Below, one piece after another: positions 31,859-40,692 of a stretch of 44,478 nucleotides of DNA. Source of the stretch: a virus. The stretch lies in IMG/VR virus record IMGVR_UViG_3300029316_000009. One strand, given 5' to 3'. Made by a program: the position numbers and the translations under genes. Within the stretch, counting starts at the first letter, position 1, and the number at the start of each line of letters is the position of its first letter. The notes under the pieces are model-generated. The model did not search any database. It was not told the origin of the DNA and saw only the letters and a program-made list of their open reading frames with translations.

Positions 31859-33773
31859 AAATATTGAAAATTTGCAAGCAAACGATTTTATGCAGAAGCA
31901 ACTGTATGAAGAACTTTTTTCAATAAAAAGTAAAATCGACCGTTCGGAAGCTAAATTTAAGTTAATGGACAGGGCGAAGAGTGTAAGAGCAAAAAGCATA
32001 GCCGAGGAATTCATAAAAGAATTCCAGAAAGCAGAACAGGACAAGGAAAAAGAAGAAAAAGCAAATCGTTCTATGCAGTTAGTTGAAAATATCACAAACT
32101 TTTATGAGGATGATATTGGAAAAGAATATCCAAACATGGCTTGTGGCAGCTGGATAGCTACAGAAAACGGAATATTTTCTTCTGAAACATCCAAGGCGAG
32201 AGAACTTGTATGCCACCATCCAATCATGCCGATTCGCCGACTAAAGAACATCGAGACAGGCGAAGAGCAAATTACAGTTGCTTTCAAAAGAGACGGATAT
32301 TGGACGGAAATAACCGTTCCAAAAATTGACATTGTGACTTCCAGAGCAATAACTAATCTTGCAAGGTTCGGAGTGCAGGTAAATTCAGAGAATGCAAGGC
32401 TTCTTGTGAAGTATCTGGCAGATGTGGAAATGTACAATGCCGATATGATTGACATACAGCACTCTACAAGCAAGTTAGGGTGGCATGGCAATGTATTTGT
32501 GCCTTACGACCTTTCAATCGTTTTTGATGGCGAATACCGCTTTAAAACACTATTCCAGAGTATACAGGAAAGCGGAGATTACTTCAAGTGGGTGACGCTG
32601 GCTAAGCAGCTACGGTCATGTGGGCGATTGGAACCACGAATAGCACTGGCGGCATCTTTTGCGAGTGTTCTTATACAGCCACTTGATGTGCTGCCGTTCA
32701 TTGTAGATTTCTATGGGCAGACAGGAGGCGGAAAGACGGTAACAATCAATATAGCGGCATCGGTTTGGGGGAATCCGGCACCGGGAGCCTACGTTGGGAA
32801 TTTTCGTTCAACAGATACATCATTGGAGACAAGGGCAGATATGCTCAATAACCTTCCGATGATCCTCGATGACTCTAAGAACGCTTCTCAATATATTCGG
32901 GACAACTACGAAACATTGATTTACAATCTCTGTTCCGGTAAAGGGAAAGGAAGATCAAATAAGGACCTCGGAGCAGCTAAGGAGAATACATGGTGTAATG
33001 TAACCATTTGTAACGGTGAGAACCCTATTTCGGAATTTGCAGATTCCGGTGGAGCAATCAACAGAATTGTTGAAATTGAGTGTTGCGAGGATATTTACGA
33101 GAATCCGGCAGAGATTAACAGCACTGTAATGAAAAATTATGGTTTTGCTGGAAGAGTATTTGTTGGAAATCTTAAAAAATTTACACCGGATGAGTTAAAA
33201 GAAATGAAGTCTGAGATTGAAAAGGGCTTTGATGGATATAATTTCCCGGCAAAGCAGGTAATGGCTATATCTACTCTTCTACTAGCGGATAAATTAGCTA
33301 CAGATTTCATATTTAAGGATGGACGTGAGCTGACAGTCGAGGACGTCGTAGATATTCCTACACGCAAAAAAGATGTATCAGAAGGTCAGAGATGCTATGA
33401 ATTCATTCTTGAAAGTCTTTCCGTGTACGGGCAACACTTTGATGCACAATTCAGCTGTGATCAATGGGGATTCAAGGAAACTCCAGATGAGTATGGAGAC
33501 GTATATGTATACTTTTATCCGAAACCTCTTGAAAATCTCCTAAAGAACAACGGATTCTCCAGAAAGGCCTTTTCAGCATGGGCGATTAATCGAGAATTAA
33601 TTAAGCATACAGGAAAAAGGGATACGGTAATAAAAAGAGATGGGGGAAGCGTAATGAGACTTGTTGCTGTAAAGATTATTGATATAAAAGATCTTGAAGA
33701 CGAACAGGAAAATGAGCATGTTGAAGCTGATTTTATACCTGCTAATACTGGAACAAGTGTTCCGTTTTCGTGA
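31794..33773 (+). CDS. Replication initiator / SF3-type helicase (DUF927- or D5-like)
   Basis: Walker A YGQTGGGKTV and Walker B PMILDD. It is a large protein next to the iteron origin. The start is uncertain (TTG 31794, ATG 31815 or ATG 31893). Confidence 0.7.
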   Translation: MKKKEADMKYCQLRQEVRSILENIENLQANDFMQKQLYEELFSIKSKIDRSEAKFKLMDRAKSVRAKSIAEEFIKEFQKAEQDKEKEEKANRSMQLVENITNFYEDDIGKEYPNMACGSWIATENGIFSSETSKARELVCHHPIMPIRRLKNIETGEEQITVAFKRDGYWTEITVPKIDIVTSRAITNLARFGVQVNSENARLLVKYLADVEMYNADMIDIQHSTSKLGWHGNVFVPYDLSIVFDGEYRFKTLFQSIQESGDYFKWVTLAKQLRSCGRLEPRIALAASFASVLIQPLDVLPFIVDFYGQTGGGKTVTINIAASVWGNPAPGAYVGNFRSTDTSLETRADMLNNLPMILDDSKNASQYIRDNYETLIYNLCSGKGKGRSNKDLGAAKENTWCNVTICNGENPISEFADSGGAINRIVEIECCEDIYENPAEINSTVMKNYGFAGRVFVGNLKKFTPDELKEMKSEIEKGFDGYNFPAKQVMAISTLLLADKLATDFIFKDGRELTVEDVVDIPTRKKDVSEGQRCYEFILESLSVYGQHFDAQFSCDQWGFKETPDEYGDVYVYFYPKPLENLLKNNGFSRKAFSAWAINRELIKHTGKRDTVIKRDGGSVMRLVAVKIIDIKDLEDEQENEHVEADFIPANTGTSVPFS

Positions 33774-33775
33774 TT

Positions 33776-34075
33776 TGTAACCATGTAACCATGTAACCCG
33801 CGGAAAAGCATGTGTATAGGGAATAAAAAAATATATAAAAAAATCATATACACATTGCAATCTCCTATAGGAAAACATTGGTTACATTGGTTACACGGTT
33901 ACACAACTCTGAAACCCGCATAAAATAAGGGTTTGCGGTGTAACCAAGGTGGTTGAAAAGTTGGTTACACATTGGTTACAAAAATAAAATGATTACACAA
34001 ATTAAAAAATAAAATTAAATTGCATGAAAATTCAGATTGTTACAATTGGTTACTAAGGCATAAGGAGTGGTTACA
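33776..34075. repeat. Iteron-type replication origin (GGTTACA/TGTAACC repeats flanking an AT-rich core)
   Basis: TGTAACC at 33776, 33784, 33792 and 33939. GGTTACA at 33880, 33889, 33897, 33963, 33974 and 34069. Variants at 33991, 34038 and 34048. The AT-rich stretch lies at about 33820-33850. Confidence 0.7.
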
Positions 34076-34078
34076 AAA

Positions 34079-35479
34079 ATGGAAAAAGAGAAGCTTAATA
34101 AAAAACAGCGGTACGCATTGGACACAATGTTGTCTGGCAGTAATGTTTTCCTTACAGGAGATGCAGGAACAGGCAAGACAACGGTTATTCAGACATTCAT
34201 TGATGAGGCGGAAAAAGCTGGTAAAAGCGTTCTGGTATCTGCTACTACTGGAATAGCTGCGGACAATATCGGATATGGAGCGACTACCGTGCATCGTGCA
34301 TTGAATATCTCAATCAAATTTGAGGATTACAAGAAAAAAGTGAAATCCAGAGCTGAACTGTTGAAGGAAGCGGATATTCTTATTATTGATGAGATCAGCA
34401 TGTGCCGGTTCGACCTGTTTAATATGATTGCGAAGACGATCATTACAGAAAATGAAGAGAGAGCGGTTGATAGACTTTTGAGCGGAGAGGATAAAGAAGA
34501 CGTTCAACTGATCGTAATTGGGGATTTCTACCAGCTTCCACCAGTCATTACAACAGATGACCGTAAAATTCTCTGCCGGATGTATGGATCTGATTATGGA
34601 AAGGGTGGAAAGTACGAACACGGATATGCTTTCATGTCTGAGTACTGGAAAGAAATGGGGTTTGAATATATTAAACTTGATGAAGTATGCAGGCAGAATG
34701 ATGAGGGATTTAAGTATGTGCTGAATGATATTAAATATGGCAACAATATTAGAAAATCCATTGCATATCTGGAGAATAACGAATCAGACAAGGTTATACC
34801 AGAAGCACCGTTTCTGGTCGGAACAAATGCTGAAGCTGATCGGATTAATAATACTTTTCTCGGAAAACTGGATAAAAAGACCGAAAAAGTGTTTCATGCA
34901 GCAGTTGACGGAGAATTAACGTCTGCTGATATTAAGAACATTGCATTTGCCAGAGAGGACTTAATTCTTAACATCGGTGCAAAAGTGATGATTACAGTCA
35001 ATGATCTGTCTGGAAACTACGTCAATGGAACGATTGGCATCATTCAGAAAATTGTGGATAACGGAGAATTTGAAGAATCCTATCTGGTTATCAAGACTGA
35101 TAAGGGTAAAACAGTTAACTTGTACAGATACAGTAAAGACATTGAGAAACAGGTTATTGAGGAAACTGAACAGGAAAAAGATGGACAGAAGATCGTAAAA
35201 GAAAAGATAGTCCGTAAGAAAGCTGGTTCTTTCTCTCAGTTCCCGGTAAAACTTGCCTGGGCGATCAGTATTCATAAATCACAGGGACAGACATTTGAAA
35301 AAATCAACATTGATCCTTGCTGTTGGGATCCAGGACAGTTCTATGTAGCTGTTTCCCGGGCGAAATCCGCTAATGGCATACATTTTATCAGACCGATAAA
35401 ACAGAGCTATATAAAGGCGTTTAGCAAGGATAATGAGCGACTTCTTGAACAGAGTTTTGAGGTAGAAGAAGGTGTATAA
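34079..35479 (+). CDS. Pif1/RecD-like SF1 DNA helicase
   Basis: Motifs LTGDAGTGKTT, ILIIDEISM, GDFYQLPPV, SIHKSQGQTF and YVAVSRAK. The ATG at 34079 is preferred over the GTG at 34067. Confidence 0.85.
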   Translation: MEKEKLNKKQRYALDTMLSGSNVFLTGDAGTGKTTVIQTFIDEAEKAGKSVLVSATTGIAADNIGYGATTVHRALNISIKFEDYKKKVKSRAELLKEADILIIDEISMCRFDLFNMIAKTIITENEERAVDRLLSGEDKEDVQLIVIGDFYQLPPVITTDDRKILCRMYGSDYGKGGKYEHGYAFMSEYWKEMGFEYIKLDEVCRQNDEGFKYVLNDIKYGNNIRKSIAYLENNESDKVIPEAPFLVGTNAEADRINNTFLGKLDKKTEKVFHAAVDGELTSADIKNIAFAREDLILNIGAKVMITVNDLSGNYVNGTIGIIQKIVDNGEFEESYLVIKTDKGKTVNLYRYSKDIEKQVIEETEQEKDGQKIVKEKIVRKKAGSFSQFPVKLAWAISIHKSQGQTFEKINIDPCCWDPGQFYVAVSRAKSANGIHFIRPIKQSYIKAFSKDNERLLEQSFEVEEGV

Positions 35480-35481
35480 GT

Positions 35482-35751
35482 ATGAGAGTGACGCATGAGC
35501 AGATACCGAACACCATAAAGTTTTTACAAATCGACTTTCCGGCACTGGTCCTTCAAACTGCCGGAATAGAAGAAAGGGACGAATACTGGCAGCAGGTAAT
35601 TGAGCAGATACACGTTGTATCAGACAAATATAATAAAAACGGCTTTGTGGATCACATGCTTACAGCCTATGCGGATTATCTGGACAAGATGCATAAGAAA
35701 GCTAAAAATCTGAACAAGGAGAAAACCAATGAACAAAATGAAGGAGTATGA
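35482..35751 (+). CDS. Hypothetical protein
   Basis: ORF with a GAAGGTG RBS. Confidence 0.55.
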   Translation: MRVTHEQIPNTIKFLQIDFPALVLQTAGIEERDEYWQQVIEQIHVVSDKYNKNGFVDHMLTAYADYLDKMHKKAKNLNKEKTNEQNEGV

Positions 35752-35950
35752 GCGAGGGAGAGAGGATGGCCTTGACCTGGCGCTCAGAATTGTTAGAGAT
35801 GGTGGCGTAGAAGCGCTGGAGAGGGAAATAAAATTCCGGGGCATTACAGGAGTACATACCTCTTTAGCCAGTAAAAACCTGGATAAAGCTGCACAGAAGA
35901 TCAAAGAAATGACACTTGATACATTTACAATCTTTGAGATTCCGCATTAA
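35729..35950 (+). CDS. Hypothetical protein
   Basis: AAGGAG RBS. It shares the motif IV[RK][DE]GGVE with the 37831-38100 product. Confidence 0.55.
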   Translation: MNKMKEYERGREDGLDLALRIVRDGGVEALEREIKFRGITGVHTSLASKNLDKAAQKIKEMTLDTFTIFEIPH

Positions 35951-35971
35951 CGATTACGTGAGGTGTTATTG

Positions 35972-36232
35972 ATGGGAAAATATAATACAGAGTGTAAACA
36001 CAAAGAGGGGCAGGAGATGTATAAAGCTGTGTATCACTTTATCTTGAAATATTACCGCAAACACCACTACATGCCGTCCACAAGAAATATTGCAGATGGA
36101 TTAGACATTTCAATGGCTACTGCCAGAAAACACTTTAATTTGCTCTTAGACAACGGATTGCTTGTTAGTGAGGATCCGACAGAGCAGAGGGCGTATAGAT
36201 TGAGTTATTCAAAGGTAGAGACTGGTGTATAA
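35972..36232 (+). CDS. LexA-N-terminal-like winged-helix DNA-binding protein
   Basis: YMPSTRNIADGLDISMATARKHFNLLLDNGLL resembles the LexA DNA-binding domain. The ATG at 35972 follows GTGAGGTG. Confidence 0.55.
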   Translation: MGKYNTECKHKEGQEMYKAVYHFILKYYRKHHYMPSTRNIADGLDISMATARKHFNLLLDNGLLVSEDPTEQRAYRLSYSKVETGV

Positions 36233-36265
36233 AGAATTGGTCAGAAGATTTGGAGAGTAAATATT

Positions 36266-36460
36266 ATGGATTTAGAGCAAAAAGCCATTGAGAGAATTCG
36301 ACTTGCATCTGATCTCTCGTTGAAACATTATGGAAAGCCACTTGTATGCACATATTCTGGAGGAAAAGATTCTGACGTGATGTTAGAACTCTTTCGCAGG
36401 GGAGGCATACCATTTGAGGTACACAATAGTCACACCACGGCAGACGCACGATACCAATAG
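36266..36460 (+). pseudogene. N-terminal fragment of a PAPS-reductase / PP-loop ATPase family gene
   Basis: The 64-aa ORF contains the PP-loop YSGGKDS and then stops. No continuation is visible in any frame downstream. Confidence 0.6.
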
Positions 36461-36800
36461 AACATATTGGATATGCCAATGCGATTGCGGAAACATAAAA
36501 ACCGTAGATGCGCACAGACTTAAAACGGGATACACAAAATCGTGCGGTTGTTTAAGCGTTGATATTGCAAGGCAAAAAGCTACAAGACACGGATTAAGGC
36601 ATACAAGGATATATAACATCTGGCGCAATATGAAATACAGATGCGAGCACAAAGATCACCCACAATATATTGATTATGGCGGTCGTGGGATTTCTGTTTG
36701 CGAAGAATGGCATGATTTTATGATGTTTTATAAATGGGCAACAGAGAATGGGTATCAAGACAATTTAACGATTGATCGCATTGATAATAATAACGGATGA
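36414..36800 (+). pseudogene. Truncated HNH/AP2-like homing-endonuclease-family gene
   Basis: It has YWICQCDCGN..SCGC, THG..HTRIYNIWRNMKYRC and YGGRGISVCEEW..IDRIDNNNG. The usual N-terminal G..FG.L.V segment and the C-terminal NCRW segment are missing. It is out of frame with, and overlaps, the PAPS fragment. Confidence 0.5.
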
Positions 36801-36845
36801 ACGATGAAATGGCACTTGTTCAGAACCATATAAGGAGGATTAAAC

Positions 36846-37019
36846 ATGGTTGAATATATCGATAAAGACACCAAAGAAATTGGAGATGCCCTGAACACGC
36901 TGGTTCAAAAATGTGCAGAAGCAGGGGGTTACGAACTTGAATGCACTATATCTTACGAGGGCGATCTGAAGCTTGATTGTTATTTTACATTCAAAACGCA
37001 CGAGGAGGATGAGCCATGA
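36846..37019 (+). CDS. Small acidic hypothetical protein (57 aa)
   Basis: AAGGAGG RBS 8 nt upstream. Confidence 0.55.
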   Translation: MVEYIDKDTKEIGDALNTLVQKCAEAGGYELECTISYEGDLKLDCYFTFKTHEEDEP

Positions 37020-37117
37020 TCACATTCTTATTAGGATTCACCCTTGGAATCATAGTCGGAGTGGCCGGTCTTGTATGCATAGCGATCATGTACGACAAAC
37101 ACCACCCAGACGATTAG
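37016..37117 (+). CDS. Small single-TM peptide (33 aa), paralog of 40576-40671
   Basis: GAGGAGG RBS. MITFLLGFTLGIIVGVAGLVCIAIMYDKHHPDD aligns with MIDSLIAFTFGIIFGSFGTIYLIAHFIGKRK. Confidence 0.5.
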   Translation: MITFLLGFTLGIIVGVAGLVCIAIMYDKHHPDD

Positions 37118-37131
37118 AAAGGAGCAATGGT

Positions 37132-37446
37132 ATGCTGACAAGGAATAAAAAGCTGAAAGACTACGGTATTCCGGCAGAGGACATTGAAAAAATGAATACT
37201 ATGCTGAAAGACTTTCCGGCAGAGTATGGATACCTGCTTTCCGGTGCCGCCTTGTCAGCTTGCCCGAAGAACACGGTGATAGCGGATATGGTTATTGAGA
37301 ATATTCTGCACCGGAAAAGTTACAGGAAAATCAGCAAAGAAAGATATATCCCGATGAACCCGAAAGACTTTTATGGATACAGACGCAAGACCGTCGCTGT
37401 ACTGTATGAGAGGATGCGGTTGTTGGGAGTGTGGGAGGATGAATAA
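37132..37446 (+). CDS. Putative transcriptional regulator (sigma region-4 / ArpU-like), paralog of 40693-40992
   Basis: GAAAGGAG RBS before the ATG at 37132. Shared pattern with the paralog: M.TR.K.L.D.G...EDI....CP....I...KSY..I....YIP....DFY.Y.RK. Confidence 0.55.
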   Translation: MLTRNKKLKDYGIPAEDIEKMNTMLKDFPAEYGYLLSGAALSACPKNTVIADMVIENILHRKSYRKISKERYIPMNPKDFYGYRRKTVAVLYERMRLLGVWEDE

Positions 37447-37827
37447 ATGAAAGAATATAGATGTCCAAAGTGTAACAGTAAAAACCTTTTTGTCAAGAAA
37501 GCCGGGAATAATACAGGATTGTATTGCGGGGATTGCGGTGCATGGATTAAATGGATCGGAAAAAATGAGCTGAGAGCATTTGAATATTTAACTGGACAGA
37601 AGCACGTAAACGATGTCAGTAGCAAACAAGACGATATTGCAAACATCATTTATAGCGCTCTCGATCATATGTATTGTGATAATTGCAGATTCAATAGTGA
37701 AATTAAAGAAAGCGATAGTGATGAATGGAACTGTGATGAATGCCACAGAAAATTTAATGGATGGGGAGTTTCCATGCAGGAAAGTAATAGAATTGCAAAA
37801 GAAATTTTAAAACAGTTAGGAGAATAG
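37447..37827 (+). CDS. Zinc-ribbon protein
   Basis: CPKCNS...CGDCG, plus CDNC...CDEC. Confidence 0.6.
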   Translation: MKEYRCPKCNSKNLFVKKAGNNTGLYCGDCGAWIKWIGKNELRAFEYLTGQKHVNDVSSKQDDIANIIYSALDHMYCDNCRFNSEIKESDSDEWNCDECHRKFNGWGVSMQESNRIAKEILKQLGE

Positions 37828-37830
37828 AAT

Positions 37831-38100
37831 ATGAGCAGACTAATTGATGCGGACGACTTAATTGAATATATTAAAATATGGGATATTGGTATGAGTATTG
37901 ATTCTGACCAAAAAGAATTTATTAATTGTATTAATAGACAGCCGACAGTTTTTGATGTAGATGAAGTTGCAGAGCAGTTGGAAACAAGAAATGCAAGAGC
38001 TGCTGCATTACAGAAAGAAAATATATCAGAGTATTTCGAGGGTGAAGCTGATGCGTTTGAATTTGCAATCAAAATCGTGAAGGAGGGTGGAGTTGAATGA
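37831..38100 (+). CDS. Hypothetical protein
   Basis: ORF with an RBS and an N-terminal LIDADDL motif. Confidence 0.55.
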   Translation: MSRLIDADDLIEYIKIWDIGMSIDSDQKEFINCINRQPTVFDVDEVAEQLETRNARAAALQKENISEYFEGEADAFEFAIKIVKEGGVE

Positions 38101-38378
38101 GTAACGTATCAGCCGAAACATTAGAAAAGTTAAGAGAAAACATGGTAGGAAGAAGATACAAGCACTTTAAAGGAAGAATCTACATCGTAAATGATATTGC
38201 TGTTCATACAGAATCGGATGAGATTATGGTGATTTACAAGTGTTTTGCAGACCCATTTGTGACATGGTGCAGACCGTTAAGCATGTTTACGAGTGACGTG
38301 GACAGAGAGAAATATCCAAATGTAAAGCAGAAGAAAAGATTCGAACCACTTTCTGAGCAGGAGGTGCAGAACGTATGA
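38097..38378 (+). CDS. DUF1653-like protein
   Basis: YKHFKGRIYIVNDIAVHTESDEIMVIYKCF....W.RPLSMF matches the DUF1653 signature. Confidence 0.7.
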   Translation: MSNVSAETLEKLRENMVGRRYKHFKGRIYIVNDIAVHTESDEIMVIYKCFADPFVTWCRPLSMFTSDVDREKYPNVKQKKRFEPLSEQEVQNV

Positions 38379-38794
38379 GAGAAATTCTTTTTAAGGCAAA
38401 GCGGAAAGATAACGGAAAATGGATCGAAGGATATTATCAGAAAAGATATGACCTTTTAGGCAACGAAGAACATTTAATCTTCCACGCTGATAGTTATAAA
38501 GTGTGGGAATATGCGGAAGTTGATCCAGAAACCCTCTGCCAGTTCACCGGACTGACTGATAAGAGCAATAAGAGAATCTGGGAAAATGACATCGTTAATC
38601 ATAACGGAGAATATGCCCTGGTAAAATTTGGAATGTATTGTTCAAGCTTTGATTACGGAAGCTATAATTTAGGATTTTATGTTGATTTTCCAGAAGAGAC
38701 ATTTTACCGAAAAGAACTTGGGTATTGGCGCAGAAAGGTTGAAACTTCCGGAAACGTGTTTGACAACCCAGAATTATTACAGGAGGAACACTGA
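38375..38794 (+). CDS. YopX-family protein
   Basis: N-terminal MREILFKAKRKDNGKW and C-terminal SGNVFDNPELL are typical of YopX. Confidence 0.75.
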   Translation: MREILFKAKRKDNGKWIEGYYQKRYDLLGNEEHLIFHADSYKVWEYAEVDPETLCQFTGLTDKSNKRIWENDIVNHNGEYALVKFGMYCSSFDYGSYNLGFYVDFPEETFYRKELGYWRRKVETSGNVFDNPELLQEEH

Positions 38795-39495
38795 TGCAAA
38801 GAGAATTTATTTGCGGTGACTGCATGAATTTTCTCCCGGACTTTCCAGATAATTACTTCGATGTGGCAGTTGTAGATCCACCGTATTTCAGCGGCCCAGA
38901 AAAGAGAGGATTCTACGGAAGAAAGATAAGTCCAATAGGAGTACAGAGAATATACAAAGTCTCTGAACAATGGAATATACCGAACCAGGAATATTTCGAC
39001 CAGCTCTTTAGAGTTTCCAAAAATCAAATTGTGTGGGGCTGCAATTATTTTGAATACAGCTTCCCACCAGGAAGAATTGTATGGGATAAGTGCAATGGGA
39101 ATTCAAGCTTTTCCGATTGTGAGATAGCTGCTTGCAGTTTCCATGACAGTGTAAGACTTTTTAGGTATATGTGGAATGGTATGCTACAGGGAAAGAGTAT
39201 CGCGCACGGAGAAATAATGCAGGGCAACAAAAAACTGAATGAAAAGCGAATCCACCCAACTCAAAAGCCTGTAAATTTATATCGTTGGATATGTCATAAA
39301 TATCTGCAGAAAGGAATGAAGATTCTTGATACCCATGTGGGGAGTGCAAGCTCACTGATTGCATATGAGGAATACGGCCTGGAATATGTTGGTTATGAAA
39401 TCAATAAAGATTATTACGATTCAGCTCAAAAACGGTTGAACGAGTTCAGATCACAATTAACATTATTTGATTTAGGAATGGAGGTGCCGGAATGA
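38794..39495 (+). CDS. Orphan DNA methyltransferase (beta-class N6A/N4C type, DPPY)
   Basis: Motif IV VVDPPYF lies near the N-terminus and the AdoMet motif ILDTHVGSASS near the C-terminus. No adjacent restriction endonuclease gene. Confidence 0.85.
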   Translation: MQREFICGDCMNFLPDFPDNYFDVAVVDPPYFSGPEKRGFYGRKISPIGVQRIYKVSEQWNIPNQEYFDQLFRVSKNQIVWGCNYFEYSFPPGRIVWDKCNGNSSFSDCEIAACSFHDSVRLFRYMWNGMLQGKSIAHGEIMQGNKKLNEKRIHPTQKPVNLYRWICHKYLQKGMKILDTHVGSASSLIAYEEYGLEYVGYEINKDYYDSAQKRLNEFRSQLTLFDLGMEVPE

Positions 39496-39815
39496 GTAAA
39501 TCAGTATTAGTGATGGAAACACCAGAGAATTGCTATGTTTGCCCGTTCGGAACTGCATACTGTAGCGCTCTTGAATATGAGGGTTTGTGTGAATTAGCTG
39601 ACTGTTTAGATTGCGATGTAATTCTGATGACAGAAGAACATTATGATTGTGAAAGTAAATCAAGACCAGACTGGTGTCCGCTTATGGATTTGCCAGAAAA
39701 AGACAATGGAGATTATCCAGCTAATACGTCTGATGCTGGCTTTGCAGAAGGATGGAACCAGTGTATTGATGAGATTACAGGAGGAATGAGAGATGGCGAA
39801 TGCAATGAAATGTGA
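39492..39815 (+). CDS. Cys-rich hypothetical protein
   Basis: ORF with a GGAGGTG RBS. Confidence 0.55.
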   Translation: MSKSVLVMETPENCYVCPFGTAYCSALEYEGLCELADCLDCDVILMTEEHYDCESKSRPDWCPLMDLPEKDNGDYPANTSDAGFAEGWNQCIDEITGGMRDGECNEM

Positions 39816-39987
39816 TCGATGCGGAAAGTTATATGAATCATACAACACTAAAAAAGATAATAAAAACATCAATGGATTTATTCCAGTGAATTTAGATGTT
39901 GATAGAAAGTATTATTCACATGGCGTAACGGACTTATGCCCTGACTGTATGAAAGAATTTCAGAATTGGATGGAAGAGGTGAAGTAG
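39793..39987 (+). CDS. Small zinc-ribbon protein
   Basis: CDRCG ... CPDC. Confidence 0.6.
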   Translation: MANAMKCDRCGKLYESYNTKKDNKNINGFIPVNLDVDRKYYSHGVTDLCPDCMKEFQNWMEEVK

Positions 39988-40326
39988 ATGAGTAAGAAAG
40001 TGAAGTGCTGTGAGTGTGCTTCTTTTTTAGTTTGGGCTTTGCCTGAGCGAGTAGATAAATATAACTACGAATGCGCCAAAAGAGTTTTCAAATTGGCTTC
40101 TACTACAGGAGCATGTGGATACAGCATGAAAACCAAACAGATGGCACATGAGCAGTATTGCAAACGATTTGAAAAGAATAAATATTTAGAGCAGGAAAGT
40201 GAACCTTTTAAACAGGAAATTTTGAACCTTAAAAATGCGATTTCAGAGTATGAAAAAGAAAATTTTGTGGAAGTAGACGAATCGTGGAAAATTCTATTTA
40301 TGAGAAGATTTCAAGAGGTGAAGTAG
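39988..40326 (+). CDS. Hypothetical protein, flanked by 17-bp direct repeats
   Basis: AAGAGGTGAAGTAGATG occurs at 39974-39990 and 40313-40329, spanning the RBS, stop and start at both gene junctions. Confidence 0.6.
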   Translation: MSKKVKCCECASFLVWALPERVDKYNYECAKRVFKLASTTGACGYSMKTKQMAHEQYCKRFEKNKYLEQESEPFKQEILNLKNAISEYEKENFVEVDESWKILFMRRFQEVK

Positions 40327-40560
40327 ATGGAGAGATTTCTAATTGATGATGGTATTAAACAGTCAAAGATAGTTGCAAATCGTTATAAATGGAGTATCGA
40401 GAATGCAGATATGGGTTCAGAAGATGCAAATGAGTTACATGCAGATATATGCAATCAATATGTAAAGGAGTATGAACAGATCGCAGAGTGGCTTGAAGAA
40501 TTAAAGTCTTACAAAGATATTGGCACTCCAAAAGAATTAAAGGAACTTTATGTGGTTTAA
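40327..40560 (+). CDS. Hypothetical acidic protein
   Basis: ORF with an RBS. Confidence 0.55.
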   Translation: MERFLIDDGIKQSKIVANRYKWSIENADMGSEDANELHADICNQYVKEYEQIAEWLEELKSYKDIGTPKELKELYVV

Positions 40561-40575
40561 AGGAGGGACGTATCT

Positions 40576-40671
40576 ATGATTGATAGTTTAATAGCATTTA
40601 CATTTGGAATAATATTCGGATCATTTGGCACTATTTACTTGATTGCACATTTTATCGGCAAGCGTAAATAG
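40576..40671 (+). CDS. Small single-TM peptide (31 aa), paralog of 37016-37117
   Basis: AAAGGAGGG RBS. See the alignment given under 37016-37117. Confidence 0.5.
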   Translation: MIDSLIAFTFGIIFGSFGTIYLIAHFIGKRK

Positions 40672-40692
40672 CAATAAAAAGGCGGTGATGAT

